Shown one piece after another: positions 38,714-49,184 of a DNA stretch of 64,000 bases. Made by a program: the position numbers and the translations under genes. Where the stretch lies: contig CAZPHB010000001.1 in the NCBI GenBank assembly GCA_964586595.1, positions 196,852 to 260,851 of the forward strand. Reading direction: 5' to 3'. Source of the stretch: an uncultured Flavobacteriaceae bacterium. Its GTDB lineage: Bacteria; Bacteroidota; Bacteroidia; NS11-12g; UBA955. The notes under the pieces were generated by a model. The model did no database searches. It worked only from the letters and a program-made list of their open reading frames with translations, and was not told the DNA's origin. The first letter of the stretch is position 1. Each line of letters opens with the position of its first letter.

Positions 38714-40593
38714 GCCAAATTTCCTTCTTCATTGATGATGACCGTTCCTGAATCCAGCAGGTTTCTGAGCTCATGCCGGAATGCTGCCGCATCTGTAAAG
38801 CCAAAATGGGCCATCAGCGTCGCGATGTTCATGGGCCCGGATTGCAATAAGGCAATCACGCGTTCCGGATCAATGCTTTTGGACGCATCCGTTTCATGAG
38901 CGCGCCTGCAGTTGTCGCAATGCCCGCAGGGAGCTGCATCCACTTCGCCAAAGTAATGCCGCAGATATTGGAGGCGGCATCCACGGGTGGCCACAAATTC
39001 CAGAACCGCATCCAATGCTTCCCTGCGGCGTTCTTTAATGGATGTGATGAGCGGCTCATTCAACGATACCGGAAGCTGATAGTCGCAGCGCAGCGTGATG
39101 CCCGGCTTGTTGCGCAGCGGAATATAATCTACCACGCCTGCCTTGTGCAAAGCGGTAAGCAGTCGGACCACTTCCGGTTCAGGACAACCCATGAACATGG
39201 CCAATTGCTGTTCGTTGAGGTTGATGTAATGGTCGAAGATGCCCGGATAGGTGCGCAGCAGCGCGTTGATGATTCCGTCGTACATCGGGTGGTCGAGCTT
39301 AAACTCGTACACATCCGGATATGGAAATATGAAGCGGAGTCGGGCCGGAATGCGCACCGATTCGGAAACCTTCAGCAAGCCGCTCCATTCCAGCATGGAA
39401 AGTGCGTAATGCAGTTCCTTCTGCTGAAAACCGAAGGCTTTGCAGAACAAGGCTGCATCAAAAGGGAAAAATCGGTCGGCGCCCGTGCCTGTAGGCAAGG
39501 CAAAATGATTCATCAATGCTGTGTAAACCCGTTTGGCAAATTCGAAGGGAGGAAAAGCTTCTTCCAGCTGGTCCAACAATTTCTTTCGGTCGGAAGGATA
39601 CCAAAGGATTCCGGCCGCGGCCTTTTTCCCATCGCGTCCTGCCCTGCCTGATTCCTGATACAGTGCTTCCGGCGACATGGGCAGGCTGGTATGAACCACA
39701 AAACGCACATCCGGTTTGTCCACACCCATCCCGAATGCGTTGGTGCACACCATGATGCGCGAACGGCCCTGCATCCAGTCTTGTTGTTTGCGCACGCGCA
39801 CTTCCGGCGCCAGACCGGCGTGGTAAAAATCTGCACGCTGCCCGCGTTCCTGCAACAGATGACAGGTTTCCAGGGTATCGCGGCGTGTGGGTACATACAC
39901 CAGTCCGCAGCTTTTCACCCCTGCCAGATGCTGCTGCAGCCATGCCGGCTTGGATTCCACCTCATGCACCGAAAAATCCAGATTGGGTTTGTCGAAGCCT
40001 GCGGAATAGATATATGGTTCATGCAAATTCAGCTGCATGTGTATATCCTGCTGCACCTTTGGCGTAGCAGAAGCCGTTAAGGCCATGCAGGGAACCTTAG
40101 GCAGCAAGGTTCTGGCTTCTTTGATGCTTAAGTATTCCGGTCTGAAGTCATAGCCCCACTGACTGACGCAATGCGCTTCATCCACCACAAGCCTGTCCAC
40201 CTGAAGGTACGGCAGCCATTCACGAAAAGACGCAGAGGCCAGTTTTTCCGGAGAAAGATATAAAAGGCGCACGTGCAGGTCGCGGGCCAGCGACAGGTAG
40301 CGTTCCTGTTCTTTACGTGTGTGGTGGCTGGTGATGGCAGCCGCTGCAATCCCCCGGCGGTGCAGACCTTCCACCTGATCTTTCATCAGTGCAATGAGCG
40401 GAGAAACCACCAGTGTTAGGCCGGGAACAACAAGCGCAGGAACCTGAAAGCAGAGTGATTTTCCGCCACCTGTGGGCAGCAGTGCCAGCACATCGCGGCC
40501 GGCAACAAAGGCATCTGCAAGTGATTCTTGTCCGGGGCGGAACGATGCATAGCCCCAGAAACGGGTTAATATCTCCCGGGTTTCAGCACTCAT
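38686..40593 (-). CDS. recQ: RecQ family ATP-dependent DNA helicase.
   Basis: FWGYASFRPGQESLADAFVAGRDVLALLPTGGGKSLCFQVPAL…DEAHCVSQWGYDFRP…, DEAH box, RecQ-Ct zinc-binding region (C…C…C…C) and HRDC-like tail. Confidence 0.9.
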   Translation of the reverse strand: MSAETREILTRFWGYASFRPGQESLADAFVAGRDVLALLPTGGGKSLCFQVPALVVPGLTLVVSPLIALMKDQVEGLHRRGIAAAAITSHHTRKEQERYLSLARDLHVRLLYLSPEKLASASFREWLPYLQVDRLVVDEAHCVSQWGYDFRPEYLSIKEARTLLPKVPCMALTASATPKVQQDIHMQLNLHEPYIYSAGFDKPNLDFSVHEVESKPAWLQQHLAGVKSCGLVYVPTRRDTLETCHLLQERGQRADFYHAGLAPEVRVRKQQDWMQGRSRIMVCTNAFGMGVDKPDVRFVVHTSLPMSPEALYQESGRAGRDGKKAAAGILWYPSDRKKLLDQLEEAFPPFEFAKRVYTALMNHFALPTGTGADRFFPFDAALFCKAFGFQQKELHYALSMLEWSGLLKVSESVRIPARLRFIFPYPDVYEFKLDHPMYDGIINALLRTYPGIFDHYINLNEQQLAMFMGCPEPEVVRLLTALHKAGVVDYIPLRNKPGITLRCDYQLPVSLNEPLITSIKERRREALDAVLEFVATRGCRLQYLRHYFGEVDAAPCGHCDNCRRAHETDASKSIDPERVIALLQSGPMNIATLMAHFGFTDAAAFRHELRNLLDSGTVIINEEGNLAWESGSSLR

Positions 40594-41249
40594 GCATCAG
40601 CCATCATGCCATCCTGCATCCGTATGATGCGGTTCCCCAGGCCTGCCAGCGTATCGTTGTGTGTAACCACTATGAACGTTTGTTTGCGCTCATCGCGGAG
40701 GCGTATAAAGTAGTCATGCAGTTCGGCTGCATTTCTTGAATCAAGATTTCCGCTCGGTTCATCGGCAAAAACCACTGAAGGTTTATTGATGAGTGCGCGC
40801 GCCACGGCAACCCTTTGTTGTTCGCCACCGGAGAGCGCACCGGGCTTATGCGTCATGCGGTGTTCCAGCCCTAAAAATTGCAGTAAGGAGGCTGCTTCCT
40901 CCTTCACCGTTGCTTTAGATCTTCCCGCAATCCATCCGGGAATGCATACGTTTTCCAAAGCGGTAAATTCAGGCAGCAGCTGGTGAAACTGAAAGATGAA
41001 GCCAATATGGCGGTTTCTGAACGCGGCCAGGGCTTTCTTATTTAGGGCGAACATATCCTGGCCATTGAGCAAAACAGTGCCCGAACTCGGTTTATCCAGG
41101 CTGCCCAAAATTTGAAGCAAGGTAGTTTTTCCTGCACCAGAAGCCCCGGTAATACAGACCATTTGCGCCTCCGGAATATCCAGGCTGATGCCCCTTAACA
41201 CTTCCAGGCTTCCAAACTTTTTTGTGATGTTGCGTGCACTGATAACCAT
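40590..41249 (-). CDS. ABC transporter ATP-binding protein, LolD/MacB-ATPase-like.
   Basis: GASGAGKTTLLQILGSLDKPSSG…LSGGEQQRVAVARAL…VVFADEPSGNLD; the stop overlaps the recQ start by 4 nt. Confidence 0.82.
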   Translation of the reverse strand: MVISARNITKKFGSLEVLRGISLDIPEAQMVCITGASGAGKTTLLQILGSLDKPSSGTVLLNGQDMFALNKKALAAFRNRHIGFIFQFHQLLPEFTALENVCIPGWIAGRSKATVKEEAASLLQFLGLEHRMTHKPGALSGGEQQRVAVARALINKPSVVFADEPSGNLDSRNAAELHDYFIRLRDERKQTFIVVTHNDTLAGLGNRIIRMQDGMMADA

Positions 41250-41324
41250 AAAGCCGGTAACTTACAAAAAGCGGCATTCAAAGATATGCCAGCGCCTATT
41301 AACTTCGCGGCTCTAAATTCAACC

Positions 41325-42557
41325 ATGAACATACACGAGTATCAGGCCAAAGAAGTATTGAAAAAATACGGTGTGGCCATCCAGGAAGGATATGTGGCTG
41401 AAACGCCCGAACAGGCACATGAAGCAGCTTTAAAAGTTAAAGAACAATCCGGCAGCGACTGGTGTGTAGTGAAAGCCCAGATTCATGCAGGCGGTCGTGG
41501 CAAAGGCAAAATTGAAGGTACCGAACACAGAGGCGTTCAGGTGGCTAAAAATGCCGACATGGCCCGAGACATTGCACAAAACCTCCTCGGTGGAAACCTG
41601 ATCACCATTCAGACCGGTGCCAAAGGAAAAATTGTAAATAAGGTATTGGTTGCTCAGGATGTTTTTTACCCCGGTGCTTCCGAACCCAAAGAATACTACA
41701 TGAGTGTATTGTTGGATCGCGGAACCAAAACCAATGTCATCATTTACACCACCGAAGGCGGTATGGACATTGAACAGGTTGCCGAAGAACATCCGGAGAA
41801 AATCTTCAAAGAGTGGGTGGATCCTAAAGTAGGCTTTCAGGCATTTCAGGCCAGAAAAATTGCCTTCAACCTGGGCCTGTCAGGAAAAGCCTTCAAGGAA
41901 ATGGTCAACTTCGTTACCGCACTGTATAAAGCTTACGAAGAAACTGATTCCGCCATGTTCGAAATCAACCCGGTGTTGAAAACCAGCGACGACCGGATCA
42001 TTGCCGTTGATGCCAAAGTGAACCTCGACGACAATGGCCTGTACCGCCACCCCGACCTGTTTGGTTTGCGCGACCTTGCTGAAGAAGATCCTACAGAAGT
42101 TGAAGCCGGCAAATACAACCTGAACTTCGTGAAACTTGACGGCAACGTAGGCTGTATGGTGAACGGCGCCGGATTGGCCATGGCAACCATGGACATCATC
42201 AAACTGTCGGGTGGCGAACCTGCCAACTTCCTCGATGTGGGCGGAACTGCCAATGCCGAAACGGTAGAAGCAGGTTTCCGAATCATCATGAGCGACCCGA
42301 ACGTAAAAGCGATCCTGATCAACATTTTCGGTGGCATTGTTCGTTGCGACCGTGTGGCCAATGGTGTGGTGGAAGCGTACCGCAAAATTGGCGACATCAA
42401 AATCCCGATCATCGTGCGTTTGCAGGGAACCAATGCTGAAGAAGCCAAAAAAATCATCGATGAAAGCGGTTTGAAGGTGTACAGCGCCATCATGCTGAAA
42501 GAGGCTGCCGATTTGGTGAAAAAACTGTTGGTGGAACAAGGGAGCGCACAGCCATAA
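41325..42557 (+). CDS. sucC: Succinate--CoA ligase (ADP-forming) beta subunit. Start at the canonical [10 protein letters not shown].
   Basis: [17 protein letters not shown]… ATP-grasp domain followed by a CoA-ligase domain …[18 protein letters not shown]…. Confidence 0.92.
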   Translation: MNIHEYQAKEVLKKYGVAIQEGYVAETPEQAHEAALKVKEQSGSDWCVVKAQIHAGGRGKGKIEGTEHRGVQVAKNADMARDIAQNLLGGNLITIQTGAKGKIVNKVLVAQDVFYPGASEPKEYYMSVLLDRGTKTNVIIYTTEGGMDIEQVAEEHPEKIFKEWVDPKVGFQAFQARKIAFNLGLSGKAFKEMVNFVTALYKAYEETDSAMFEINPVLKTSDDRIIAVDAKVNLDDNGLYRHPDLFGLRDLAEEDPTEVEAGKYNLNFVKLDGNVGCMVNGAGLAMATMDIIKLSGGEPANFLDVGGTANAETVEAGFRIIMSDPNVKAILINIFGGIVRCDRVANGVVEAYRKIGDIKIPIIVRLQGTNAEEAKKIIDESGLKVYSAIMLKEAADLVKKLLVEQGSAQP

Positions 42558-42582
42558 AAATCCTATTTTCACATCCAAAAAA

Positions 42583-42912
42583 ATGGGACTCGTATCAGAA
42601 TTCAGAGAGTTTATCACCAAAGGCAGTGTGTTTGACCTGGCCGTGGGTGTGGTTATTGGTGCAGCATTCCAAAAAATTGTGGACTCGCTGGTCAGTGACA
42701 TCATCATGCCGATTATTGGCATCATCACCGGCGGCATCAACTTCAGCACCCTTTCGTTGAAGGTAGGCGAAGCCGAACTGAAATATGGAAACTTCATTCA
42801 GCAGACCATCATCTTCCTGCTTGTGGCGTTTGTTCTGTTCGTATTCATCCGCACCTATAACCGAACCAAACGAAAACTGGCGGAAGTCGTTTCCGCTGAA
42901 CTGAAAAAATAA
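42583..42912 (+). CDS. mscL: Large-conductance mechanosensitive channel.
   Basis: [41 protein letters not shown] is the canonical MscL N-terminus and TM1. Confidence 0.9.
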   Translation: MGLVSEFREFITKGSVFDLAVGVVIGAAFQKIVDSLVSDIIMPIIGIITGGINFSTLSLKVGEAELKYGNFIQQTIIFLLVAFVLFVFIRTYNRTKRKLAEVVSAELKK

Positions 42913-42913
42913 C

Positions 42914-42946
42914 GAAACGGGGAGCCATAGGTTCCCCGTTTCATTT
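42914..42946 (+). terminator. Rho-independent terminator after mscL.
   Basis: Perfect 10-bp stem GAAACGGGGA-gccataggt-TCCCCGTTTC followed by aTTT. Confidence 0.7.
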
Positions 42947-43038
42947 AATAAATCCGGACCCCTGTTTGCGCATGTTCCGCGTGCTGTTCCATCGGCGGCC
43001 CCCACAGGCATCACCGAAGGTGAATATCTTTGCAGCGC

Positions 43039-43926
43039 ATGAACAAGCTGGCTGTATTAACGATGATGCTTGCCTCATTTACAAATGGCAAAACCGTGAA
43101 GGCAACAACAGCAAAATCGGACAGCTCCGGCTGGACCAGAAATGTAGAATTGGGGTTCAGCGCTGCACAGGCTACCTTCTCCAGCAATTGGAAGAGCGGT
43201 GGCACCAACAACCTGAGCGTATTAACGTACGTAAACCTTAAAGGAAAATTGAGCAGTGGCAAGCACAGCTGGGAACAAAAATTCAACCTCTTATACGGCC
43301 TCATAAAAAATCAGGGTGAAATGATGCGCAAAAGCCAGGATTTGTTGCTCATCACCAGTGATTACAACTTTGGCATTTCTCCAAAGCTGCAGGTCTTTGC
43401 CGGCGTTACCTTTCAATCGCAGGCCGACAGAGGGTTTGAGTATAAAACTGATTCATCAGGATTTCCTGTAAAAACCCTGATTTCCGGATTCATGAGCCCG
43501 GGACAGCTGATTGAAGCTTTTGGATTAAAACTTTCACCCGTGCCATTTTGGTGGGTAAAGTTCGGCCTCGGCGCTACGCGTCAAACCTTCATGCTCAATC
43601 AGCGCATTTATGAAGAAACCGGAAAAGCACTAATTTCAAATGTTCCCCGCGGACAAAAAGTCATCAACGAAGCAGGTTTGCAAATCCAAAGTGAATTAAG
43701 CAAAGACCTGAAACCAAATATTCGCATCACGGCGCGTTACCTGGGATTTGGCCCGTTCAATTATTTGGAGGGTGGTTTCGACAGTCGTTTAGACTTCATG
43801 GCCACGGCAAGACTTACAAAATTCCTGACAACAAACGTTACGGCTGTGGCTATTTTGGATAAAAACCAACACAAAAACTGGCAGCTGTCGCAGATTTTCG
43901 GCATCGGACTGGCTTACAAACGCTGA
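43039..43926 (+). CDS. Secreted outer-membrane-type protein, probably a DUF3078-family beta-barrel. Start at MNKLAVL; a TAtcTTTG -7-like box sits at about 43018.
   Basis: Signal peptide MNKLAVLTMMLASFTNG. An alternating beta-strand pattern ends in a C-terminal aromatic (…GIGLAYKR). The DUF3078 family call is from memory. Confidence 0.45.
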   Translation: MNKLAVLTMMLASFTNGKTVKATTAKSDSSGWTRNVELGFSAAQATFSSNWKSGGTNNLSVLTYVNLKGKLSSGKHSWEQKFNLLYGLIKNQGEMMRKSQDLLLITSDYNFGISPKLQVFAGVTFQSQADRGFEYKTDSSGFPVKTLISGFMSPGQLIEAFGLKLSPVPFWWVKFGLGATRQTFMLNQRIYEETGKALISNVPRGQKVINEAGLQIQSELSKDLKPNIRITARYLGFGPFNYLEGGFDSRLDFMATARLTKFLTTNVTAVAILDKNQHKNWQLSQIFGIGLAYKR

Positions 43927-43935
43927 ACGCAGAAG

Positions 43936-44547
43936 ATGGACCGGATAGAACTACCCGAATATTACCTGGATCCAAAACTGTTGAAGTTGGTGGCCAACCG
44001 CCTGCATGCCGGCGCAGTTGTTGTTGTTCCCACCGACACGGTGTATGCCTTGGTATGCGACCCGGGCAATCAGGCTGCTGTAGAGCGGATGTGCGCGCAA
44101 GTGGGCAAAAAGGCCAACACCGCGTTGCTTTCGCTTCTGTGCCGGGATTTCAAACAGATTGCCGCCTTTACCGCGCCCATCCCACAACCGGTTTTCAGGG
44201 TGCTTCGCGCAAAGCTGCCGGGTCCATTCACCTTCATACTCAAAGCGGCTGCATCGGTAGAAAAACAATTCAACAACCGACGAAAAACCATTGGTGTGCG
44301 CATACCTGATCATCCCGTTTTGTTGGGCATTCTGGAAACATTTGGTGGTCCACTGATGGCTACTTCCCTGCACAGCGACGACCACATCATGGAATACGCG
44401 CATGATCCCGATGAAATTGCCCAAACAATGACACATCTGGCAGACCTGCTCGTGGACAGTGGACCGTGCGGCATCATACCTTCAACGGTGGTTGACTGCA
44501 GCAACGGTGAACCTGAACTGTTGCGCGAGGGCAAGGGCATTTGGTAA
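43936..44547 (+). CDS. tsaC: L-threonylcarbamoyladenylate synthase (YrdC/TsaC domain protein).
   Basis: …GAVVVVPTDTVYALVCDP…IGVRIPDHP…; about 203 aa single-domain YrdC. Confidence 0.85.
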   Translation: MDRIELPEYYLDPKLLKLVANRLHAGAVVVVPTDTVYALVCDPGNQAAVERMCAQVGKKANTALLSLLCRDFKQIAAFTAPIPQPVFRVLRAKLPGPFTFILKAAASVEKQFNNRRKTIGVRIPDHPVLLGILETFGGPLMATSLHSDDHIMEYAHDPDEIAQTMTHLADLLVDSGPCGIIPSTVVDCSNGEPELLREGKGIW

Positions 44548-44552
44548 ACACC

Positions 44553-45002
44553 TTACCAGGATTCCGGCCCGGGAAGCTCATCCAATTCACTTGGCATGGC
44601 CGTCTTCATGCTCCAAAGCCTGTTTTCTACCCCATTGGTCAACCATAAAAACCGAACACCTGCTTCCATGTTGTATTTCAATGCCTGTTCGACCACTTTC
44701 TGGTTGATGGGAATATGAGGCGCCTTGCACTCAACCAGAATAATAGGCTCGGCTTGTCTGTTCATCACAAGAACATCCGTACGGCGCTTCAATCCATTCA
44801 GGAGCAAAGCGCGTTCCAGGGCAATCCATCCTTCGGGAACTTTAAATTCGTCAAGCAACCAGAATACCACATGTTGCCGCACCCATTCTTCCGGAGTGAG
44901 GGCTACATATTTTTTTCTGATTCTGTCAAAAATATAGTTTTTTTGCCCCTGACTGCGCAGCTGGAACGTATAGGCCGGAAAGCTCAGCATTAACCTCCGC
45001 AA
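44553..45002 (-). CDS. Type I restriction enzyme HsdR N-terminal domain-like protein (PD-(D/E)xK nuclease fold), stand-alone.
   Basis: About 149 aa; …EEWVRQHVVFWLL…DVLVMNRQAEPIILVECKAP… resembles a D…(E/D)xK nuclease core. The family call is from memory. Confidence 0.55.
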   Translation of the reverse strand: MRRLMLSFPAYTFQLRSQGQKNYIFDRIRKKYVALTPEEWVRQHVVFWLLDEFKVPEGWIALERALLLNGLKRRTDVLVMNRQAEPIILVECKAPHIPINQKVVEQALKYNMEAGVRFLWLTNGVENRLWSMKTAMPSELDELPGPESW

Positions 45003-45010
45003 TTTAGTCG

Positions 45011-46033
45011 ATGAGTACCATACCGGTGTTCCAAGTTTATGAGAAAATCCTCGCGGACATCCAAAAACGCGCGTTTGAACCGGTGTACCTGCTGCAAGGG
45101 AAAGAGCCGTTTTTTATAGATAAAATTACCGAAGCGCTGGAAGCAACCGTACTGCAAGAGCACGAAAAAAGCTTCAACCAAACCATTTTCTACGGAAAAG
45201 AAACCAATACCATGAACCTGCTGATGGCGGCACGCAGGTATCCAATGGGCGCTACACATCAGTTGATTGTGGTGAAGGAAGCCCAGCACCTGCAGGACCT
45301 CGAAAAGCTTGAAGCGTACCTGGAAGCACCACAACCTTCCACCATTCTGGTTTTGTGCATTAAATCTGAAAAAAAGCTGGACAAGCGCACCAAGCTGGCA
45401 AAGTTGTTCGGGAAATACTGCATCTTCGACTCAGACCCTCTGAAGGATTTCCAGATGAAACGATGGCTGGACAACTGGACCAGAACCCAGGGAAAAACCT
45501 TGGATGCACTGGCTGCAGAAATGGTTACCGATTATCTGGGTACAGATTTGAGTTTGGTGGTGAATGAATTGAGCAAGCTGTTTATCAATGTTAAAGATGC
45601 CTACATCAGCGCACGACACATTCAGGAACATATTGGACTGAGTAAAGAATTCAACGTTTTTGAATTGCAAAAAGCACTGGGCGCCAGGAACTTTAACAAA
45701 TCGATTCAGATAGCCCACCACCTAAGTTCTGACATGAGTGGGAGGAACCACAGCAGCGTGTTGCTCGGAGCGCTGGTGCAGTATTTCAACAAAGTGCTGC
45801 TCACGCATGGACACAAAGCCAAAGACAAAGATGCGCTGGCGAAAATCCTGGAAGTACATCCATTTTTTGTGCAGGAATACCTTGCCGCAGCCGGTAAATA
45901 CAGTCCGGCGGCTATTGAGAAGGTGCTCGGCTACCTCAAATACTTCGACCTCAGGTTTAAGGGAGTAAACAAGGGCGGTGCTTCAGACAATCAATTGTTC
46001 GTGGAACTCATTGTAAACATTCTGAAAAACTGA
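45011..46033 (+). CDS. holA: DNA polymerase III delta subunit.
   Basis: …VYLLQGKEPFFIDKITEAL… AAA+-like N-terminal domain plus the delta C-terminal helical domain; about 340 aa. Confidence 0.82.
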   Translation: MSTIPVFQVYEKILADIQKRAFEPVYLLQGKEPFFIDKITEALEATVLQEHEKSFNQTIFYGKETNTMNLLMAARRYPMGATHQLIVVKEAQHLQDLEKLEAYLEAPQPSTILVLCIKSEKKLDKRTKLAKLFGKYCIFDSDPLKDFQMKRWLDNWTRTQGKTLDALAAEMVTDYLGTDLSLVVNELSKLFINVKDAYISARHIQEHIGLSKEFNVFELQKALGARNFNKSIQIAHHLSSDMSGRNHSSVLLGALVQYFNKVLLTHGHKAKDKDALAKILEVHPFFVQEYLAAAGKYSPAAIEKVLGYLKYFDLRFKGVNKGGASDNQLFVELIVNILKN

Positions 46034-46103
46034 ATCTTTGGGGTCCATCAATATTTTATCACTATTGTTTAATTTGCACGTCACATCTGATACACATCAT
46101 ACC

Positions 46104-48056
46104 ATGAAGAAACACATACCATTAACCATGTTGTTCCTGGGTGCCTGTGGCCTAACCGCTCAGGTTCCTTTTGGAAACGTTCGTGTGGGAAACCCCTCTG
46201 GACCCGCAGTGAAATCCACTTTTTACGTTACTTCTGATCGGGCCGCTGCCGGTGCAGTGTACAGTTCCGGAAAAACCAATAAAAATCAGGAATACCTGCT
46301 GCGCAGGGGAATTGTTCCTTACGACTTTGTGGAAATAGGCAGCACCTGGTATGACCTGCAGTCAAATGCTTCTGTAGGCAACAGGGTAGTGCTTTATCCT
46401 GATGGAAGCGTTTCAGCAACATGGACCACTAGTGCCGATGAAGGATCTTCCAGCTTTCCAAATCGCGGCAGCGGTTTCAACCATTACAATAAAACAACAT
46501 GGGGGCCTTCTAAAGCCGACCGTATTGAAACTGCCCGCCTCGGCTGGCCAAGCATTGGCGTGCTGTCTGACGGTACCGAATGGATTATGGCCCATGATGC
46601 TGCCCTTGGCGGCTTCGTGCTTTCAAAAAACGGAGGCAAAGGCCAGACAAACTGGACCGGAACTGCTGTATTGAAAGAGAATAACCTGCGCCCACTGTGG
46701 GGACGTGCCACTTCTTCAGGCAACTACATCCACGCCATTTATACGTATGCCGACAGCTCACAGCCCGGTGAACCACGCGCCCCAACACGCAATGGTGTTC
46801 TGGCACCCATGGTGTACAGCCGCTCTACCGATGGTGGTATGACCTGGGACCAGCAAGCCGTGATGCTGCCCGGTTTTGATACCAGCCGCATTACTAATGG
46901 CGGTGGCGATCAATATGCCATTGCCTGCCGCGATTCAATAGTGGCCATCATATTCGGCGGTTTGGCCGATGACGTTTCTGTTTGGAAATCAACCAATAAC
47001 GGAACCGACTGGACCAAAATGATTGCGGATTCTTTCAAATACGCGCCATATAATTCAACCAAACTGATGCTCGACACTCCGTTTACAAACGACGGAACTG
47101 TGCAGGTGTTGATTGACCGCAATGGCCAGGTTCATGCCTTCTGGGCAGGCAGCCGCATGCTCGACGACGACAATACCGATCAGTCGTTCTCTTTCTTCCC
47201 CGGTTTCCAGTTTATTGGTTACTGGAATGAGAACACCAAGCAGAGTCAAATCATCGCCTCCGGTGCCGCTTTTGACCGCGACGGTGACAATGCTAACGCG
47301 CTCAGCGCTGCAACTACCGCGTTCCTGAGCAATGGCCAGGTTCCTTCTACCCTGAATACCGTAGCGCGCCTGGGCAATACTTCTGCCATGAGGCAACCTT
47401 CTCCAACCATCGATGCCGCAGGTAACATCTACGTAACTTTCTCTGTGCCGATTGAAGGTGACCTGAGTGATCTTGATGCGAACTACCGCGACATCGGACT
47501 GGTTTATTCTACCGATGGAGGCGCTACCTGGAAAACCGGCCAAAACCTGACCCAGACCATGATGGTTGAGGACGACTTCGCCAGTGTTGCTCCAGATGCC
47601 GACGACTTCGTGCACATGGTATGGCAACGCGACGGAATCCCCGGAACAAACCTGCAGAACAACTCTACATCTACCAACAACCATGAGCCTGTGAAAAACC
47701 AGATCATGTATGCAGCCATCCCAACTGCCAAGATCTTGTCTGATGCCATTGGACATCAGTGGGGTCTGGGCGTGAACAAAATGAACCAGCCTGCAGAAGT
47801 ATTTGTGGTTTCTCAGAACTATCCTAACCCATTCAGCAGCAAATCTGAAGTACTGGTGTTCATGGATGAACCAGGCACCCTGAAGGTGGACATCATCACC
47901 CTTGATGGTAAAGTTGTTCGCAGCAGCAGCCAGAAAATGATTTCCCGCGGAAACCAAATCGTTCAACTGGACGGAACCGGTTTGAATGCAGGCATGTACC
48001 TGTATCGTTTCACTGCCGGCAAGAACGTGGTGACCAAGAAAATGACCATTCAATAA
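46104..48056 (+). CDS. Secreted BNR/Asp-box repeat protein (sialidase/glycoside-hydrolase-like beta-propeller) with a C-terminal T9SS sorting domain. Start at MKKHIPLT; the track ORF begins at a TTG at 46038.
   Basis: Asp-box motifs STDGGMTWD, STNNGTDWT, STDGGATWK. Signal peptide MKKHIPLTMLFLGACGLTAQ. C-terminus …NYPNPFSSKSEVLVF…GMYLYRFTAGKNVVTKKMTIQ. Confidence 0.7.
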   Translation: MKKHIPLTMLFLGACGLTAQVPFGNVRVGNPSGPAVKSTFYVTSDRAAAGAVYSSGKTNKNQEYLLRRGIVPYDFVEIGSTWYDLQSNASVGNRVVLYPDGSVSATWTTSADEGSSSFPNRGSGFNHYNKTTWGPSKADRIETARLGWPSIGVLSDGTEWIMAHDAALGGFVLSKNGGKGQTNWTGTAVLKENNLRPLWGRATSSGNYIHAIYTYADSSQPGEPRAPTRNGVLAPMVYSRSTDGGMTWDQQAVMLPGFDTSRITNGGGDQYAIACRDSIVAIIFGGLADDVSVWKSTNNGTDWTKMIADSFKYAPYNSTKLMLDTPFTNDGTVQVLIDRNGQVHAFWAGSRMLDDDNTDQSFSFFPGFQFIGYWNENTKQSQIIASGAAFDRDGDNANALSAATTAFLSNGQVPSTLNTVARLGNTSAMRQPSPTIDAAGNIYVTFSVPIEGDLSDLDANYRDIGLVYSTDGGATWKTGQNLTQTMMVEDDFASVAPDADDFVHMVWQRDGIPGTNLQNNSTSTNNHEPVKNQIMYAAIPTAKILSDAIGHQWGLGVNKMNQPAEVFVVSQNYPNPFSSKSEVLVFMDEPGTLKVDIITLDGKVVRSSSQKMISRGNQIVQLDGTGLNAGMYLYRFTAGKNVVTKKMTIQ

Positions 48057-48077
48057 TCAACACCAACCCAAAAACAA

Positions 48078-48109
48078 AAAGCCTCGATAAATCGGGGCTT
48101 TTTGTTTTT
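48078..48109. terminator. Bidirectional terminator between the convergent BNR protein gene and the FAD-oxidoreductase gene.
   Basis: A-rich run, then GCCTCGA-taaa-TCGGGGC (one G·U pair), then TTTTTGTTTTT. Confidence 0.6.
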
Positions 48110-49157
48110 ATGTGTTCCAATACAGCACGGGATCTGTTTCCGGATGCACCGGTTTTCCCTGCAACATACAGGCAATCAACTCCTTCACCAGTAAAGGTCC
48201 CATAGATGCACCCTTACTTCCCCAACCATTGCAGATGTAAAGCTGACGATGCTCCGGATGTGGCCCCATGTACGGGCGGCGGCGCCCAACAGTTGGCCTC
48301 ACTGCCGTTTCATGAGCAAGAATTTCATAGGATAAAGACTGAGGCAATAACTCGCTGAGTTGCTGCAATAAGGTTGCCCTGCCGGATTCCGTGGGTTCCG
48401 GAATCAGGTTCTTCCAGTCATAAGTAGAACCAATACGGAATACGCCCGAACCAAGTGGAATGGAAAAAACCTTCTTTTTTACGATGTATGAAGGAAGTCC
48501 GGAAGGATCCGACAAACGGATGCTCAGCAATTCACCACGCGTAAGGTGAAAAGGTAAAGATTCCAGTGGTTGTTGTTCATAGGCAAATGCACCCTGAGCA
48601 AAAACCACATACTTGGCTTTGATGTCGCGCCAAAACCAATAGCCCTGTTCAAAATGGAGCGCGTTCCAAAGAACGGCTTCGTTACTGAAACGCCCCTGCC
48701 CAGTCCACAATGCGCGATGATACCTACATAAAGCAGCCATATCCAATCGGCCGGACTGACGTGTCAAGGCTCCGCTTCGGCCATGCAATTCCGGAAGTTC
48801 TTCCATCCATTCCAGCCACTGCGGGCCTAATTGTTCCGCGGCGCGTGTCCAGTGTTGTCGATCTTGAGCCGTATCTGCCAAAAACGCCATGGGCATGGCA
48901 TGAAAAAACACCTGACCTGTTGCTGCTTCCAGTGCACGGTAGTAATGCGCTGAAGCTGGAAACAGTTCCGCAGCACGCCAGGTTAATCCGCCGGTTCTTG
49001 GCACCAAAGGATGCATCAGCCCGGCAGCAACCCGAGAAGATGTGGGCGAGATCTCCGGATCTGCAACATGCACTTCCAGGCCTTGCAGCAACAGTTCACG
49101 GGCAAGGAGTGTGCCGGCAATCCCTTGGCCGGCCACCAAAACATCAACGCAGGCCAT
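48108..49157 (-). CDS. FAD-dependent oxidoreductase of the DAO/glycine-oxidase fold; candidate stand-alone MnmC oxidase domain.
   Basis: VDVLVAGQGIAGTLLARELLLQGLEVHVAD is a dinucleotide-binding motif. About 349 aa, similar in length and fold to the C-terminal FAD domain of MnmC. Confidence 0.65.
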   Translation of the reverse strand: MACVDVLVAGQGIAGTLLARELLLQGLEVHVADPEISPTSSRVAAGLMHPLVPRTGGLTWRAAELFPASAHYYRALEAATGQVFFHAMPMAFLADTAQDRQHWTRAAEQLGPQWLEWMEELPELHGRSGALTRQSGRLDMAALCRYHRALWTGQGRFSNEAVLWNALHFEQGYWFWRDIKAKYVVFAQGAFAYEQQPLESLPFHLTRGELLSIRLSDPSGLPSYIVKKKVFSIPLGSGVFRIGSTYDWKNLIPEPTESGRATLLQQLSELLPQSLSYEILAHETAVRPTVGRRRPYMGPHPEHRQLYICNGWGSKGASMGPLLVKELIACMLQGKPVHPETDPVLYWNT

Positions 49158-49184
49158 GAAGGCAAATCTCCTATTTTTGTTCTG

